DNA of 64,000 bases from Longimicrobiales bacterium (GCA_965116905.1 OZ220732.1:736001-800000); one strand, 5' to 3'. Positions 1 through 10,413 are shown, counted from the first letter of the stretch. Translations and numbers: made by a program. Notes: generated by a model not told the origin, from the letters alone.

Positions 1-1345
1 CCTGCTTCCGGAACAGGTGCGGGATACGGTCGGGTGGAATGCCCCGGCCCCGGTCGGAAACCGAGATCGCGACATGCGTTCCGTCGCGCCACGCGGCTAC
101 GTGAATGGGCGACGACTCCGGAGAGTGCCTTGCGGCGTTGATGAGGAGGTTGTTCAGAACCTGGGAAATGCGTTGCCGGTCGACCATCACGAGGGGCAGG
201 TCCAGCGGAACGTCGATGACGATCGTGTGGCGGCCGGCGGCGGTCTGGAACGTGGTCCTCGCCGCGTCCACCAGCGCCCCGACGTCCGAGGTCTCGGGCA
301 CGACCGACAGCGTATCCGTGGCGATGCGTCCGGCATCGAGCAGGTCGCTGACGAGGCTGCTCATCTGATCGGCCTGTGAATTGATGATTCGGAAGAACTG
401 CAGCATTTCTGCCGGGGCGAAGCCGGGCGATGCATCGAGCACGGCGCCCGCACAGCCCTTGATTGAGGTGAGCGGCGTTCGCAATTCGTGACTCACGATC
501 GCGAGAAGCTCCGTGCGCATCCGCTCCAGTTCCTCGAATGGGGCAAGATCCTGCATCGTGACCACGACGAACTCGACTCCGCCGTTGGCTGCATGGATCG
601 GCGTGACGTTGACCAGCGTCCTCACGCTCCGGCCATCGGGCACCGAGAGCACGATCTCCTCGTTGCGCAGCGTCTCACCGCGCCTCAGTTCGTCTGAAAT
701 CGCGGGATCTTCCGTGAGGTCGACCTTGCGCCCGTCGGCCCCACGGGACGTGACGATCTCCAGCAGGTGCTCAATAGGGCGATCCGGCATCCTCAGCCCT
801 TCCACGATCCGCGTCGCCTTCCGGTTCCACGACACCAGACCGCCGGTCTTGGCGTCGAAGAGAACGACGCCGACCGGCGAAGTCTCGACCAAAGCCTCCA
901 GCTTCGCCCTCGCACGAAGCTCGTCCCGGTAGGCGCGAGCGTTGGCGATCGCCGCGGCTGCTTGAGGTGCAAAAAGCACAAGCATATCTTCGTCTTGGTC
1001 AGTAAACTCCTGTCCGCCTTCCTTATCAGCAACAACGAGGGTGCCCAGGTGCACACCTTGATGACGGATCGGCGTGGCTTGTAACGTGTTGCCCGGTTGC
1101 CCGGCCCGCTTTTCATCCGGCGCGACGCCGGAAGTTGGAACGCGGTGGGGTTGGCCCGGCTCGTCGGTGGCCGTGAGGTATCCTTGCCGGGCCCCGGTCA
1201 AAGCGCGAGCGCTGTCCACGACCTCGCGCAACACGGTGTCGAGGTCCAGGCTGGCGCTGATCCGGACCAAAGCCCGGGACAGTCTCGAGTGGCGCTCCCT
1301 TAACGCCCTGTTCTGGCGAAGGAGCTCGTCCGGGTCGTTCGTCAC
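1..1345 (-). CDS. GAF-PAS sensor histidine kinase (3'-partial, runs off window)
   Basis: Not in the ORF track; translated by hand from GTG at 1345 (AAGGAG RBS): ...ISASLDLDTVLREVVDSARALTGA (GAF), ETSPVGVVLFD (PAS), IVSHELRTPLTSIKG (H-box), QVLNNLLINAARHS (N-box), VSDRGRGIP (G1). Confidence 0.92.
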   Translation of the reverse strand, partial: MTNDPDELLRQNRALRERHSRLSRALVRISASLDLDTVLREVVDSARALTGARQGYLTATDEPGQPHRVPTSGVAPDEKRAGQPGNTLQATPIRHQGVHLGTLVVADKEGGQEFTDQDEDMLVLFAPQAAAAIANARAYRDELRARAKLEALVETSPVGVVLFDAKTGGLVSWNRKATRIVEGLRMPDRPIEHLLEIVTSRGADGRKVDLTEDPAISDELRRGETLRNEEIVLSVPDGRSVRTLVNVTPIHAANGGVEFVVVTMQDLAPFEELERMRTELLAIVSHELRTPLTSIKGCAGAVLDASPGFAPAEMLQFFRIINSQADQMSSLVSDLLDAGRIATDTLSVVPETSDVGALVDAARTTFQTAAGRHTIVIDVPLDLPLVMVDRQRISQVLNNLLINAARHSPESSPIHVAAWRDGTHVAISVSDRGRGIPPDRIPHLFRKQ

Positions 1346-1613
1346 GGGTTTCTCCTTCCCATGCCTGAGCGCAGTGTAACGTGGATGGGGGATTATCGCC
1401 AGAGAATCGCCAAGGGCGGGCCGTGTGTCGCCCACGGGTCGTAGGGCGGGCTGTATGGTAGGAGGGCAGGTGTCGGTATCCTCGTTCGATTTCCTTGAGT
1501 CGGTCTTCGCGACTCATAGAGCTGAGGCATACAGATGCTCGGATGGCAATGTGGTGCTTGTCAAAACGATAAGGGAGAGTTAGGCGTCACCCTCTAGACA
1601 AGGCAAGTGAAAG

Positions 1614-4430
1614 ATGTCTGGCGTTATCTATTCTTTGCGACAAGTTAATACCGCCACCGGGACCGCCGGTGGCTGGGGGTTGACGAGTTGTCTTCGCAGA
1701 TACCTCCGTCGTCGCTTCCAATCCGGGCTCGCAATTCTGGTGATCGTAGCCGTGGGTGCGTGCGACCACCCGCCCGCCGGATTCTCCATTGAGTCGGCGT
1801 TCGAGATCGTTGATTCGCTCAGCGCGATGCGCGACCGCGGCCCAATTCAAGGCGCGCGCGAAGCATGTGCGAATGAGACCGAGCCCGAAGCGGACATGGC
1901 CACCAGCGGCACATCGTCGGACGTCCTATTGTATGCCGCGCTTCACCTTAGACGACTGGGGTTCTCCTGCACCGTGCGCTCGGTGAGACAGGTGGGTGGC
2001 AGCGCCACGGGGATTCGGATCGATGCCGCGAGCGAATTGGTCGCTTGGCGCGACGGCCGCGCTTCGTCGGCAACTGCGGCACTGATGGCGATTTCTTACC
2101 ATGCTGACCCTGGCCGAGCGCCCGATGCGTACCGACTGTGGCCGATCGTCGTCGGTCTCGAAGGCATCCGCGCGTTTGTGGAATCAGATGCAACGGACGA
2201 TATCGGGGACCTCGTCGTTACGATTGGCGACATTTCGGACTGGGCTGCCGGTGTCACATCGACTTGGTTACAACCCTTCCCTTCACCGGACAATGACACG
2301 TACTCTACCCAAGTCGCTACTTCAGGCCCCGTTGGACCAGCCCTCCCGGTGATGTTGGCGAGTGCTCCAGGATGGGTGATTGGGACGAGCGCGGAACCGG
2401 TTACCGAAGCAGTCAGCCTTGGTTTCTCTGGCATGGGCGAGTTTCCGATACTCGGTGAACCGCCTCCAGCCAATCGGACTCTCCTGCGTTCTCACGGAAT
2501 CGCACCTACGCCCATCCGGCCGGTTGCCTTTGCGAGCGATCATCAACCGATTGGACGCGCCGGGTCCACCTCGGTTGCGCGGAACTCAGGATCGGTTCTG
2601 CGCGGCAAGGGCGACGCGTTCGTCCGTGCGCTACGCGCGGCGGCAGCACCATCACAGCCCGCGTGGACAATGGAGGGGCATTGGTACTGGCTTTTGGGAA
2701 TCTGCCTTCCATTGATACTCGTGGGCCTCGCTCTCCAAACGATTGTCATCAATACGCGGACGCGCTTGTCGAACGTCAAGAGGGCGATTGAGAAACTGGG
2801 GCTATGGCTTCATCGTAGCGACAAGGCGTTGGCAAAGCAGACAGAGCAGCGGCAAACTCTCAATGAGGCGAGGGACGGGTCCCGAGCAGTCCTGAAACGG
2901 TTGCCGGCCTGGTTGTGGCTGAAGTTGGTGGGTGGAATCGTACACCGTAGGCATCTACGGGATGATCTGCGAAGGAGAAGGGCAGATTACTTGAGCCATT
3001 TGGAGGTCCAGAACGAAGTGCTGACGAAAAGACAGGAGGGCGAGCGAGGGGACAGATCAAGACTCTTTGGCGGAGTCTGGGAGGGTGTCGCCACGGTTCT
3101 CGCTAAGGGCGGTGTCCTGCCTTTGGTGATCGGTGGGTTGACTGCCGCCGGATCGCTCGTCGCTGTGCACTGGTTGGAAATACAGGTTCAGCAACAATTG
3201 CTGCCGGACTCACTTTTCGACTTGGGAATCCTGCTTCCGTCGGTGGCCGCAGTATACGTCTTAGGGTGCCTTTTGGCACAGGTGCTGGCATCGCCCAAAG
3301 ACAGACACAATCCGATCGCTGCATTTGCCTGGGGAAGCAGCCTGGTTGTGTACCTCGGTTTGAATGCAGTGGAGTTGAGCGGCTTCGACGATGCGATCAA
3401 CAACCTATACGACTCCCAGACGATCGACATGATGTTTGCAAGCCTGGCCATGGTGCTGATCAGTCGTGAGATCCTCTACTCCAGACGGAAGGAGAGGCAG
3501 AGGCACCAAGTGGAAGCGGACTACACAAAGGAACTCGATGCGGTCAGCGATGCGCTCTGGTTTGCCAGTTCGGGAGAGCGGCGAGAAGCACTTCTGCGCT
3601 CGGTGACGGGAGTCGTGTACCTCGGACTTGCCGCTCACTGTGTCTGGCGCGGACTCGGCGTGGTCCTGAGCAGCGAACAGGTGCCCGTGGGCCTGGTGCC
3701 GGTTACAGCGGTCACCGCAGTCGCGTTGTTGGTTCCGCTCGCGACCCTGTTCCTGGGCAACGTGCCTCCTGCCCCAACCACGGACCAGGGCATCAACGTC
3801 AGGAGCGCAGCCCCGATACTCTTGGCCATGGTCGGTTCAACACTCGCCTGCGCCGATCCGTCGGATCACCGATTCGAAAACGATCGTCACCTTACGGCGA
3901 TTCGCATCGATATGCGGGCTGCGGAGGATGCGCCAGTCATGTACCGGGTCTTCAGCGGAGATGACGGTACTCGGCAGGTCGAGCAGACGACAGTAGACCG
4001 AGCCGGTTTCGCTTTGCCCGCGGTAGGGCGCCGCGATACGGTTGTGATGGAAGACACCAGGCGCAGGCAAGTGCGGTTGGTCATCGAAGACAGCAGTGCT
4101 GCCGACATGATGGCAATCTGGCGGGGGAACGACAGCATCGCGGTTCTGCGGGCCGATGGCATCGAGCCTCGTCGAGGCTCCGACCCACGGGTCGTCGAGC
4201 GCTGGTTTGACACGGAGGACGACCGTTCGATGACCCTTCTGGTCGAACTCCCCAGATGTTGGTCCGCTGATCTTGTGGTGGTTCGGCGATTCAGCGGCAG
4301 GGCGGCAATGGAATTGGCGGGGCACGTTGTCGAACCCGATACAATTGTCGGGGATCGTCTTGATATGGAAGTGCTCACGACCGTGACGCAACAGCATTCG
4401 ATGCCAAGGTGCTGTACAACGTCGAGCTGA
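1614..4430 (+). CDS. Large polytopic membrane protein, possibly with a degenerate M28 peptidase-like N-terminal domain
   Basis: 938-aa ORF; lipobox-like VAVGAC; many hydrophobic segments. SYHAD...VGLEGIRAF...DLVVTIGD loosely resembles M28 motifs. Start uncertain. Confidence 0.55.
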   Translation: MSGVIYSLRQVNTATGTAGGWGLTSCLRRYLRRRFQSGLAILVIVAVGACDHPPAGFSIESAFEIVDSLSAMRDRGPIQGAREACANETEPEADMATSGTSSDVLLYAALHLRRLGFSCTVRSVRQVGGSATGIRIDAASELVAWRDGRASSATAALMAISYHADPGRAPDAYRLWPIVVGLEGIRAFVESDATDDIGDLVVTIGDISDWAAGVTSTWLQPFPSPDNDTYSTQVATSGPVGPALPVMLASAPGWVIGTSAEPVTEAVSLGFSGMGEFPILGEPPPANRTLLRSHGIAPTPIRPVAFASDHQPIGRAGSTSVARNSGSVLRGKGDAFVRALRAAAAPSQPAWTMEGHWYWLLGICLPLILVGLALQTIVINTRTRLSNVKRAIEKLGLWLHRSDKALAKQTEQRQTLNEARDGSRAVLKRLPAWLWLKLVGGIVHRRHLRDDLRRRRADYLSHLEVQNEVLTKRQEGERGDRSRLFGGVWEGVATVLAKGGVLPLVIGGLTAAGSLVAVHWLEIQVQQQLLPDSLFDLGILLPSVAAVYVLGCLLAQVLASPKDRHNPIAAFAWGSSLVVYLGLNAVELSGFDDAINNLYDSQTIDMMFASLAMVLISREILYSRRKERQRHQVEADYTKELDAVSDALWFASSGERREALLRSVTGVVYLGLAAHCVWRGLGVVLSSEQVPVGLVPVTAVTAVALLVPLATLFLGNVPPAPTTDQGINVRSAAPILLAMVGSTLACADPSDHRFENDRHLTAIRIDMRAAEDAPVMYRVFSGDDGTRQVEQTTVDRAGFALPAVGRRDTVVMEDTRRRQVRLVIEDSSAADMMAIWRGNDSIAVLRADGIEPRRGSDPRVVERWFDTEDDRSMTLLVELPRCWSADLVVVRRFSGRAAMELAGHVVEPDTIVGDRLDMEVLTTVTQQHSMPRCCTTSS

Positions 4431-4979
4431 GCAACTGCACGCCAAACGAGCTGAACGCGCAACTTGCGTTGCTCGCGCGTGGCTTCGGCTTGGTCGCTTT
4501 CTGGGCACGGTCTTCTTGGCCCCAACACCTTTTCACAGGGAATACGTTCGTCAGAGCGCTTCACAGCTCCGTTGACCACAGCGCTGAATGACCGGAGCCG
4601 GGTTGCCAGGAATAGTGCCACCATGTCCCGATACCGGGTGCCGGTGGAAAGCCAGCCACCCACCTAGCCACAGTCCGAAATGCCCGATCCACGCCTGGCA
4701 CCAGTTTGCGCGATGACTTCCGGACATGGCAATCAGGTGCCAGACGCGATCCGCTCGATACCTGTTCTTCCTGGGCAAAACGCCTTGCCGATACAGGCAA
4801 TCGTGCACCACACCGGCAACGTCTACTTTCGACCAATGGACCAAGGGTCGAGCAAGCCACGGAATTGAACTGTAGTCTCTCCTGAAGCAATCATGCTCGG
4901 CTGGACAACAGGGCGCCTGGTTTGGCCGGTTGGCTACTTACCGTCGTACGCGGTTTACGTCGTCAAAGCGTCCCGCTGT

Positions 4980-5864
4980 TCAGCCAGCCCCCCAAGGATC
5001 CAGCGGCGGCACCGCCCTCCGCAGGCGCAGCTTCGTCCACATCGCCGAATGGTCACTCCAGCCCGGGCGGCGCCACTGGTGATGGTATCCGCTGCCGACC
5101 ACCTCGAAGTGTCGCGACACGAAGGTGTGATCGAAGCAACGCGGCCCATCACCCTTGCTCACACGGTGCGTCACGGGAGCCTCCACCTCAAACCCGTGGC
5201 GGTCACGGAATGCATCGCGCAAGCCGTGGCGTGACGTGTCCGCGAGCACCGACCTGACGCCCGCAGACCAGTCGGCACGAGGCCGGCCACGGAGCCTTCC
5301 ACGCGGCGGTCCCATCGCGCCATCGGCAGTAACCTCGGTTTCCGCGAATGTCAGGAACTGGCCCGACCTCAGAAACCGCCTCGGTTCATTGAAGTCGCCG
5401 GTGAGAAGGCGCGCGGAATCGCCCGCGCTACGGAGGGCCAGCGCCAGCGTCTCGAAGGTCTCGATCTTCTGCCACTTATGCCCGCTCCCGTGCGGGATGT
5501 GGGCGGTGAAGACATCGACATCCCCGTCAGGCGCCTTCACTGTGACTCGGCCGAGCACCTCCGGAAACGGAGCCGAACAACGCCAGGCGTCGCCTCCCGG
5601 AGGGTCGGTCACGGGCCAGCGGCTCGCGATCACGCAATGGTACTTCTTCTCAACCTTGCGGTCGCGGCAGGGCGATGGTTCGTGACTGTGCCAGACGTGT
5701 GCAAGCCCACGAGCTTGGAGCGCCTTGGCGATGTCGCACTTCCTGTCCGAACGGACCTCCTGCAGCGTGACGATGTCCGGCTCGGTCGACGCAATCGCGG
5801 TTGCGACGGTCTCGATTCGCTTTGACGAGCCGAGCTGGTCAACGTTCCAGGAAAGCAGATACAC
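4980..5864 (-). CDS. Endonuclease/exonuclease/phosphatase (EEP) family protein
   Basis: Motifs LLSWNV, DIVTLQEV, LLTGDFNE, FDHTFVS, WSDHSAM. Confidence 0.9.
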   Translation of the reverse strand: MYLLSWNVDQLGSSKRIETVATAIASTEPDIVTLQEVRSDRKCDIAKALQARGLAHVWHSHEPSPCRDRKVEKKYHCVIASRWPVTDPPGGDAWRCSAPFPEVLGRVTVKAPDGDVDVFTAHIPHGSGHKWQKIETFETLALALRSAGDSARLLTGDFNEPRRFLRSGQFLTFAETEVTADGAMGPPRGRLRGRPRADWSAGVRSVLADTSRHGLRDAFRDRHGFEVEAPVTHRVSKGDGPRCFDHTFVSRHFEVVGSGYHHQWRRPGWSDHSAMWTKLRLRRAVPPLDPWGAG

Positions 5865-5984
5865 CGTTGGAGCCTTAGTTGAGCGTGGGCTGCCTCTGCA
5901 TTATGGGTCCCGAGCCGGGCCTCGCGCAACGGCTGCTCGTCGACGGCGAGTAGGGCTCGAGCCGGCCGACTACGGCGGGCCCCT

Positions 5985-6833
5985 CTACGGCGGGCACCCC
6001 AACCTGGCCGGATCGACCGACAGGCCCGAGTAAGCGTCCGCACGTCCCCGCAACACCCGCGTCGCACAACCGGGGGGCAGGACTCTTGACGACAGGGTGA
6101 TCGGCAAGGGCGCCAGGCGCGTCTTCGCGGCGCGCTCCATGAAGGTCTGGGAATAGGCTCGGATGTGCGTGCCCCTGCGGTATACCTCGATCATGTAGAG
6201 CTGGCTGGTCGGCAGGGACTCGAACTGTGGCCAGCCCCCGGGCAGAAGGCGCTCGTCGAGGTAGACGGAAGGCTGGACCAGGTTGCCGCGGTAGTAGACG
6301 CACCTGCTGAACCCGCACGGCGTGGTGAAGATCCCCGAGCGAGATGCGACAAAGTCGGCAGCCGACCAGTGGCCGCTGCTCGCGAAAGCCGCTTCATCGT
6401 ACGTTCGCACCACGGTTGCCACAGCACGGTGCCGGGTCCGGAAACGATCCATGACGATTTCGAGGCCCTCCAGCAGAATCGGGCTCGGCTGAAGGCGAAG
6501 GCGCATCGGTTCGTCCCCGGTCCCCGCGGCGACATCGACCGTGAGCGTCTCGTATCCCAGCCGCTCCGCCGTAATGGCAATGCTGCCCGCACCGACGCCG
6601 CAAAGAAGGAAGCGGCCGTCGCTGGTGGTCAGTGCCGGCCGATCCGCCACCTCTGCGGACACGCGAACGACGTCCAGCGGCGCCTCGGTCGCAGCGTCAA
6701 CGACCTGTCCGACGACGCGGCGCTGATCCGGCTCGCAAACGGGCTGGGCGTCGGCCGAAGAGACGGTGACCGCGGCCAGCGCCAACGACGCGAACAACTG
6801 CGGGAAGCTCGGACCTTCGATTGCTCTCAACAT
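5985..6833 (-). CDS. Secreted carboxypeptidase-regulatory-like domain protein
   Basis: Signal peptide (LALAAVTVSSADAQ), GQVVDAATEAPL...TTSDGRFLL...AERLGYET, PSPILLEGLEIV. ATG at 6833 preferred to the track start at 6971. Confidence 0.75.
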   Translation of the reverse strand: MLRAIEGPSFPQLFASLALAAVTVSSADAQPVCEPDQRRVVGQVVDAATEAPLDVVRVSAEVADRPALTTSDGRFLLCGVGAGSIAITAERLGYETLTVDVAAGTGDEPMRLRLQPSPILLEGLEIVMDRFRTRHRAVATVVRTYDEAAFASSGHWSAADFVASRSGIFTTPCGFSRCVYYRGNLVQPSVYLDERLLPGGWPQFESLPTSQLYMIEVYRRGTHIRAYSQTFMERAAKTRLAPLPITLSSRVLPPGCATRVLRGRADAYSGLSVDPARLGCPP

Positions 6834-6964
6834 TCTGGCGGGCTTCCTTCGTTGGCTCCCTTCGCGGGCTCCATGGGCGGGACGGGTTGCAGGCACACTG
6901 CGCCGTGGGAAATACCCCGCAGGTGTCTTCGGGTTCCGGGGCGGGCCGTTCCTTGCGATCCGAA

Positions 6965-7005
6965 ATGTCAACTACGGTTTCCATTAAGTGAACTCTGGTT
7001 GACAT
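6965..7005. repeat. 41-bp imperfect palindrome, copy 1
   Basis: ATGTCAACTACGGTTTCCATTAAGTGAACTCTGGTTGACAT; other copies at 35340 and 45821. Confidence 0.9.
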
Positions 7006-7084
7006 CCGGGGCCTGCGTCAGCTTCGTTTCCTCCCTGACCAGTCACTGTTGGTGGCCTCCACGGAGTGCGACCGCTGCCTGCCG

Positions 7085-7375
7085 CTACCCGATCAGTTCG
7101 ATCCTCAGATTCAGGCCGAGCACGTTCGCAGCCGCGGCGAGCGTGTCCAGGCGAATGTGGTCGTTGTCCGGGTCGAGAATCCTGTCCAGCTGGCTCCGGC
7201 TCGTCTGCATCGCTCGAGCCATGGCGCTCTTGCTGATCTGCTGCCTTTCCATGGCCTGCTCCAACTGCCAGGCCAGCACGCGTTTGATAGCACTGGTATT
7301 GGTCTCTTCGAGGGTTCCCTGCTCGGCCAGATAGTCCTCGAAGGAGGAGCCGATCCGTCCCTTCGTCTGCGTCAT
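7085..7375 (-). CDS. XRE/HTH antitoxin (HigA-like)
   Basis: MTQTKGRIGSSFEDYLAEQG...ISKSAMARAMQTSRSQLDRILDP; start overlaps the toxin stop. Confidence 0.88.
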   Translation of the reverse strand: MTQTKGRIGSSFEDYLAEQGTLEETNTSAIKRVLAWQLEQAMERQQISKSAMARAMQTSRSQLDRILDPDNDHIRLDTLAAAANVLGLNLRIELIG

Positions 7376-7719
7376 GACGTGATTTCCATTGCTCGTTGCC
7401 TCGCCAGCTCCAGGTCTCTTTTCGGGATCTTCCGTGTTTTCTTCACGAAGCCATGTAGCAACACCATACGGGCAGCGTGGACCACAAAGATCACCCGCGC
7501 AATGCGCCTTCCGGTAAGGTTCGAGCGCACCTCCCAGAGTCCGTCGCCCAGAGTCCGGCACAGCGGCATCCCGATCGGCCAGCCAAACTCCGCAGTGGCT
7601 ATGTCCCGTCCGACGATACGCCTGCTTTCCGGGTCCAGGGCGAGAAGCCAATCCCGGACTGGCTCCTTCCCGCTGGAGCTTCGATAGAATGCGGCCGGTA
7701 TCCTCTTGAGTGACGCCAA
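7372..7719 (-). CDS. RelE/ParE-superfamily toxin (Gp49/HigB-like)
   Basis: FYRSSSGKEPVRDWL...GLWEVRSNL...RVIF...LLHGFVKKTRKIP; TTG start with GAGGT RBS; toxin-first gene order. Confidence 0.9.
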   Translation of the reverse strand: MASLKRIPAAFYRSSSGKEPVRDWLLALDPESRRIVGRDIATAEFGWPIGMPLCRTLGDGLWEVRSNLTGRRIARVIFVVHAARMVLLHGFVKKTRKIPKRDLELARQRAMEITS

Positions 7720-7739
7720 GCGTACCTCACAAAGTACAG

Positions 7740-7757
7740 TGTACCATATATCGTACA
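7740..7757. promoter_or_regulatory. Putative TA autorepression operator
   Basis: Inverted repeat TGTAC-CATATATC-GTACA just upstream of the toxin start. Confidence 0.55.
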
Positions 7758-7879
7758 ATCCGTCAATCGAAGACCGATCGTCCTGGTGATCGGCGAACCA
7801 GCGCAACCTATGCCAGTCGATTCACTATCCGATCAGCGAATGGGGCGAGAGCTGGAGGGTCGTCGGCCGCCTGGACGGC

Positions 7880-8148
7880 TGGGCGGAGACTCGGCGGGCG
7901 CACGATCCTTCACGTTGCTACATGAACTCGCTCATCTGTGGCTCCGCGAGCCCGGTGTGAGCGCGGGCGATCCGACGGATCCCGTCGAGGTATACTGCAA
8001 CAGGGTGGCCTCCAGCTTCCTGCTGCCGCAAAACGAACTCGACAGAGAGGATCGGCTGGAGGCATCGGGATCGCTTACCGCCACGAAGGTCGGGAAGGTC
8101 CTGGGCGTCAACCCGCGCAATGCCCACGCGATCTTGCCAGCCGGGTGA
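7880..8148 (+). pseudogene. ImmA/IrrE metallopeptidase remnant
   Basis: RSFTLLHELAHLWL...VEVYCNRVASSFLLP joined to a C-terminal-like tail; no N-terminus; boundaries approximate. Confidence 0.75.
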
Positions 8149-8178
8149 CAGAGCCGTCACTCACTGGGTCGGGCACGC

Positions 8179-9663
8179 TCACGGCACCTGCCATCTCCCG
8201 CGGCGCAGCAATTCGCCGCTGCCCGCCCCGGCCAGGATCTCTCCGTCCTCGTACACCACGTCGCCCCGGCGCAGCGTCATCACGGGCCAGCCCGTGACTT
8301 CCCACCCCGTGTAGACCGAGAAGCCGGCTCCGGAGAACATGTCCTCGTCGCGGATGGTTCGCGTCTCGTCCGGATCCCAGAGGACGATATCGGCGTCGGA
8401 GCCCACGGCGATCGTGCCCTTTTGCGGGTAGAGGCCGAAGAGCCTGGCCGCGTTGGTCGAGGTCACCGCCACGAAGCGCTCCTCGGAGATGCGCCCCTTG
8501 ACGACGCCCTCGGAATAGAGCATCGGCCGCACCACCTGGAGATTGCTCAGGCCGGCGCGGTGACGGGAGATGGTCTGCGACGGGTCCATCTTCTCGTCGC
8601 GGCGATACGCGACATGGTCCGTGGCGAGCACGTCCACCGATCCGCTGGCGATGCCCGCCCACAGCGCGTCCTGGTCACGCTGCTCACGGAGCGGCGGCTG
8701 CCCCACGTAGAGCCCGCGGTCGGGGCCCTCGAAGCGCTCGCGCGTGAAGTGGAGGTAGATGGGCCGGGTCTCGACGAAGACGCTGAGCCCGCGGTTCCGA
8801 GCGTCCTGCAGCACCCGCAGTGCGCCTTCGGAGGAAACGTGAACCGCGTAGATGGGCGCGCCAGTGGCCTCGGCCATGGCGACCGCACGCTGGGTGGCCA
8901 CCACCTCGGCAAGCACCGGACGGCTGTCCGGGAAGTACTCGAGCGAGGTGCGCCCGGCGGCCGTCAACTCCCCGACCGCGTGGGCCAGGATGGGCCAGTC
9001 CTCGCAGTGCACCATGGTCAGGATCCCGTTGCGCCCGGCCGCTTCCATGGTCGCTATGTAGTCGGGCACTGCGGCGTCGAACACGGTCCACACCATGAAG
9101 ACCTTGGTGCTGGTCTGGCCGGTTTCGGCGGCCAGGGTGGCCATCTGGCCTGCCTGGGTCTCGGGGGTGATGCCCGCGTGAAGGATGACGTCCGCGATCG
9201 CCTGCTCGCGGATGAGCGCCGCCTCGCGCTCGATGGCCTGCGCGAGGCTTCGCCCCTGGGCGTGCCAGGCGAAGTTCGAGATGGTGGTGATGCCTCCCGC
9301 GAGCGCCGCCTGCGACCCCGTGCGGTAGTCGTCGCGGGTGCTTCCCCCCAGGTGTACGTGGGGATCCACCCCGCCCGGCATCACCAGCAACCCGGTGGCA
9401 TCGATGGCGCGGGCGCCGTCCCCCGCCGCCAATCCGGTCCCGATCTCGACGATGATCCCATCCCGCACGCGCACGTCCGCGTCGAATCGCCCCTCCGAGG
9501 TGACCACGGTGCCCCCGCTGATGAGGATCTCTTGCGCGGCCAGGTCGGGTGCGAACGCTTCCGCCGCCAACAGGCCGGCCAAGAGGGCGGGGAGAGCCAT
9601 TCCCGGTGAGGGGACGGTGCCGATGCGGGTGGCGTGGCTCGGCAGGCGGGTCATCGCGTCCAT
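8179..9663 (-). CDS. Dihydropyrimidinase/D-hydantoinase-like amidohydrolase
   Basis: MPGGVDPHVH, ALAGGITT, MVHCED, YAVHVSS, PPLR, LATDH, KGTIAVGSDADIVLWDP. Confidence 0.9.
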   Translation of the reverse strand: MDAMTRLPSHATRIGTVPSPGMALPALLAGLLAAEAFAPDLAAQEILISGGTVVTSEGRFDADVRVRDGIIVEIGTGLAAGDGARAIDATGLLVMPGGVDPHVHLGGSTRDDYRTGSQAALAGGITTISNFAWHAQGRSLAQAIEREAALIREQAIADVILHAGITPETQAGQMATLAAETGQTSTKVFMVWTVFDAAVPDYIATMEAAGRNGILTMVHCEDWPILAHAVGELTAAGRTSLEYFPDSRPVLAEVVATQRAVAMAEATGAPIYAVHVSSEGALRVLQDARNRGLSVFVETRPIYLHFTRERFEGPDRGLYVGQPPLREQRDQDALWAGIASGSVDVLATDHVAYRRDEKMDPSQTISRHRAGLSNLQVVRPMLYSEGVVKGRISEERFVAVTSTNAARLFGLYPQKGTIAVGSDADIVLWDPDETRTIRDEDMFSGAGFSVYTGWEVTGWPVMTLRRGDVVYEDGEILAGAGSGELLRRGRWQVP

Positions 9664-9783
9664 GAGGTCGAACCATGAGGCGTGTTCGGCCGTGTGACAA
9701 GGCCATCGGGCGACTGGGGCCCCTTGACTCGTTCACACCAAAACGGTACGATGGGTCGCAATTGAGATACAGGAGCTTATCGC

Positions 9784-10065
9784 GTGAAGACACAGAGTTC
9801 GATGGTGCATGTCCGGATGGACACCGAGATGAAACGGAAGGCGACAGAAGCGCTCGCGGCGATGGGCCTGACGGCCTCGGAGGCCGTGCGGCTCCTGTTC
9901 CATCGCATTGCCGTCGACCAGGCGTTCCCGCTCGAACTGAAGGTTCCAAACGCGGAAACGCGAGCCGCCATGGCCGAGATCGACGAAATGGTCAACACGC
10001 GCGCGGCGCGATTCGCGAGCGCGGACGAGCTGTTTGCAGAGCTTGAAGAAGCCTCCGACCGGTAA
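9784..10065 (+). CDS. dinJ: RelB/DinJ family antitoxin
   Basis: VHVRMDTEMKRKATEALAAMGLTASEAVRL...FPLELKVPNAETRAAM; directly upstream of a YafQ-like toxin. Confidence 0.88.
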   Translation: MKTQSSMVHVRMDTEMKRKATEALAAMGLTASEAVRLLFHRIAVDQAFPLELKVPNAETRAAMAEIDEMVNTRAARFASADELFAELEEASDR

Positions 10066-10369
10066 GCGGGCCAAGCCGCCACGCCGGGTCGACTACTCCC
10101 GAAGGTTCCTGAAGGACTGGAAGCGTCTCTCGCGTTCCGGCCGATACGACATGCGTCGGCTGAAGACGGCCATGCTCATTCTCATCGCCAACGATGCCCC
10201 ACTCGGTCCTGAATGGCGGGATCACGCGCTCAAGGGCTCATGGGCGAGCTACCGGGAATGTCACGTCGGCGGTGACTTCCTCCTCATCTATCGCATTGAC
10301 GATACAGACGGGCCAACCGGCTCCGTTTACTTTGCCCGCGCTGGCACGCATGCCCAGCTGTTCGAATGA
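10034..10369 (+). CDS. yafQ: YafQ family mRNA interferase toxin
   Basis: FLKDWKRL...WRDHALKGSWASYRECHVGGDFLLIY...RAGTHAQLF. Confidence 0.9.
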   Translation: MQSLKKPPTGKRAKPPRRVDYSRRFLKDWKRLSRSGRYDMRRLKTAMLILIANDAPLGPEWRDHALKGSWASYRECHVGGDFLLIYRIDDTDGPTGSVYFARAGTHAQLFE

Positions 10370-10374
10370 CCAGG

Positions 10375-10413
10375 CAGATACGGGCCACATTCTGTCCGGC
10401 GACCGTCGACCTG
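10375..10413 (+). repeat. Short remnant of the repeated truncated-gene scaffold
   Basis: CAGATACGGGCCACATTCTGTCCGGCGACCGTCGACCTG matches about 38340-38372 and 49459-49495. Confidence 0.7.

Noticed and set aside
17..1517. Track ORFs in the first 1.5 kb
   Set aside because: Shadow frames of the minus-strand histidine kinase that the track missed.
4430..4980. Short ORFs between the membrane protein and the EEP gene
   Set aside because: No recognisable motif, RBS or consistent frame; left unannotated.
8422..9949. Long ORFs 8422-9609(+) and 8684-9949(-)
   Set aside because: Arg/Gly/Pro-rich alternative frames of the amidohydrolase, typical of high-GC DNA.
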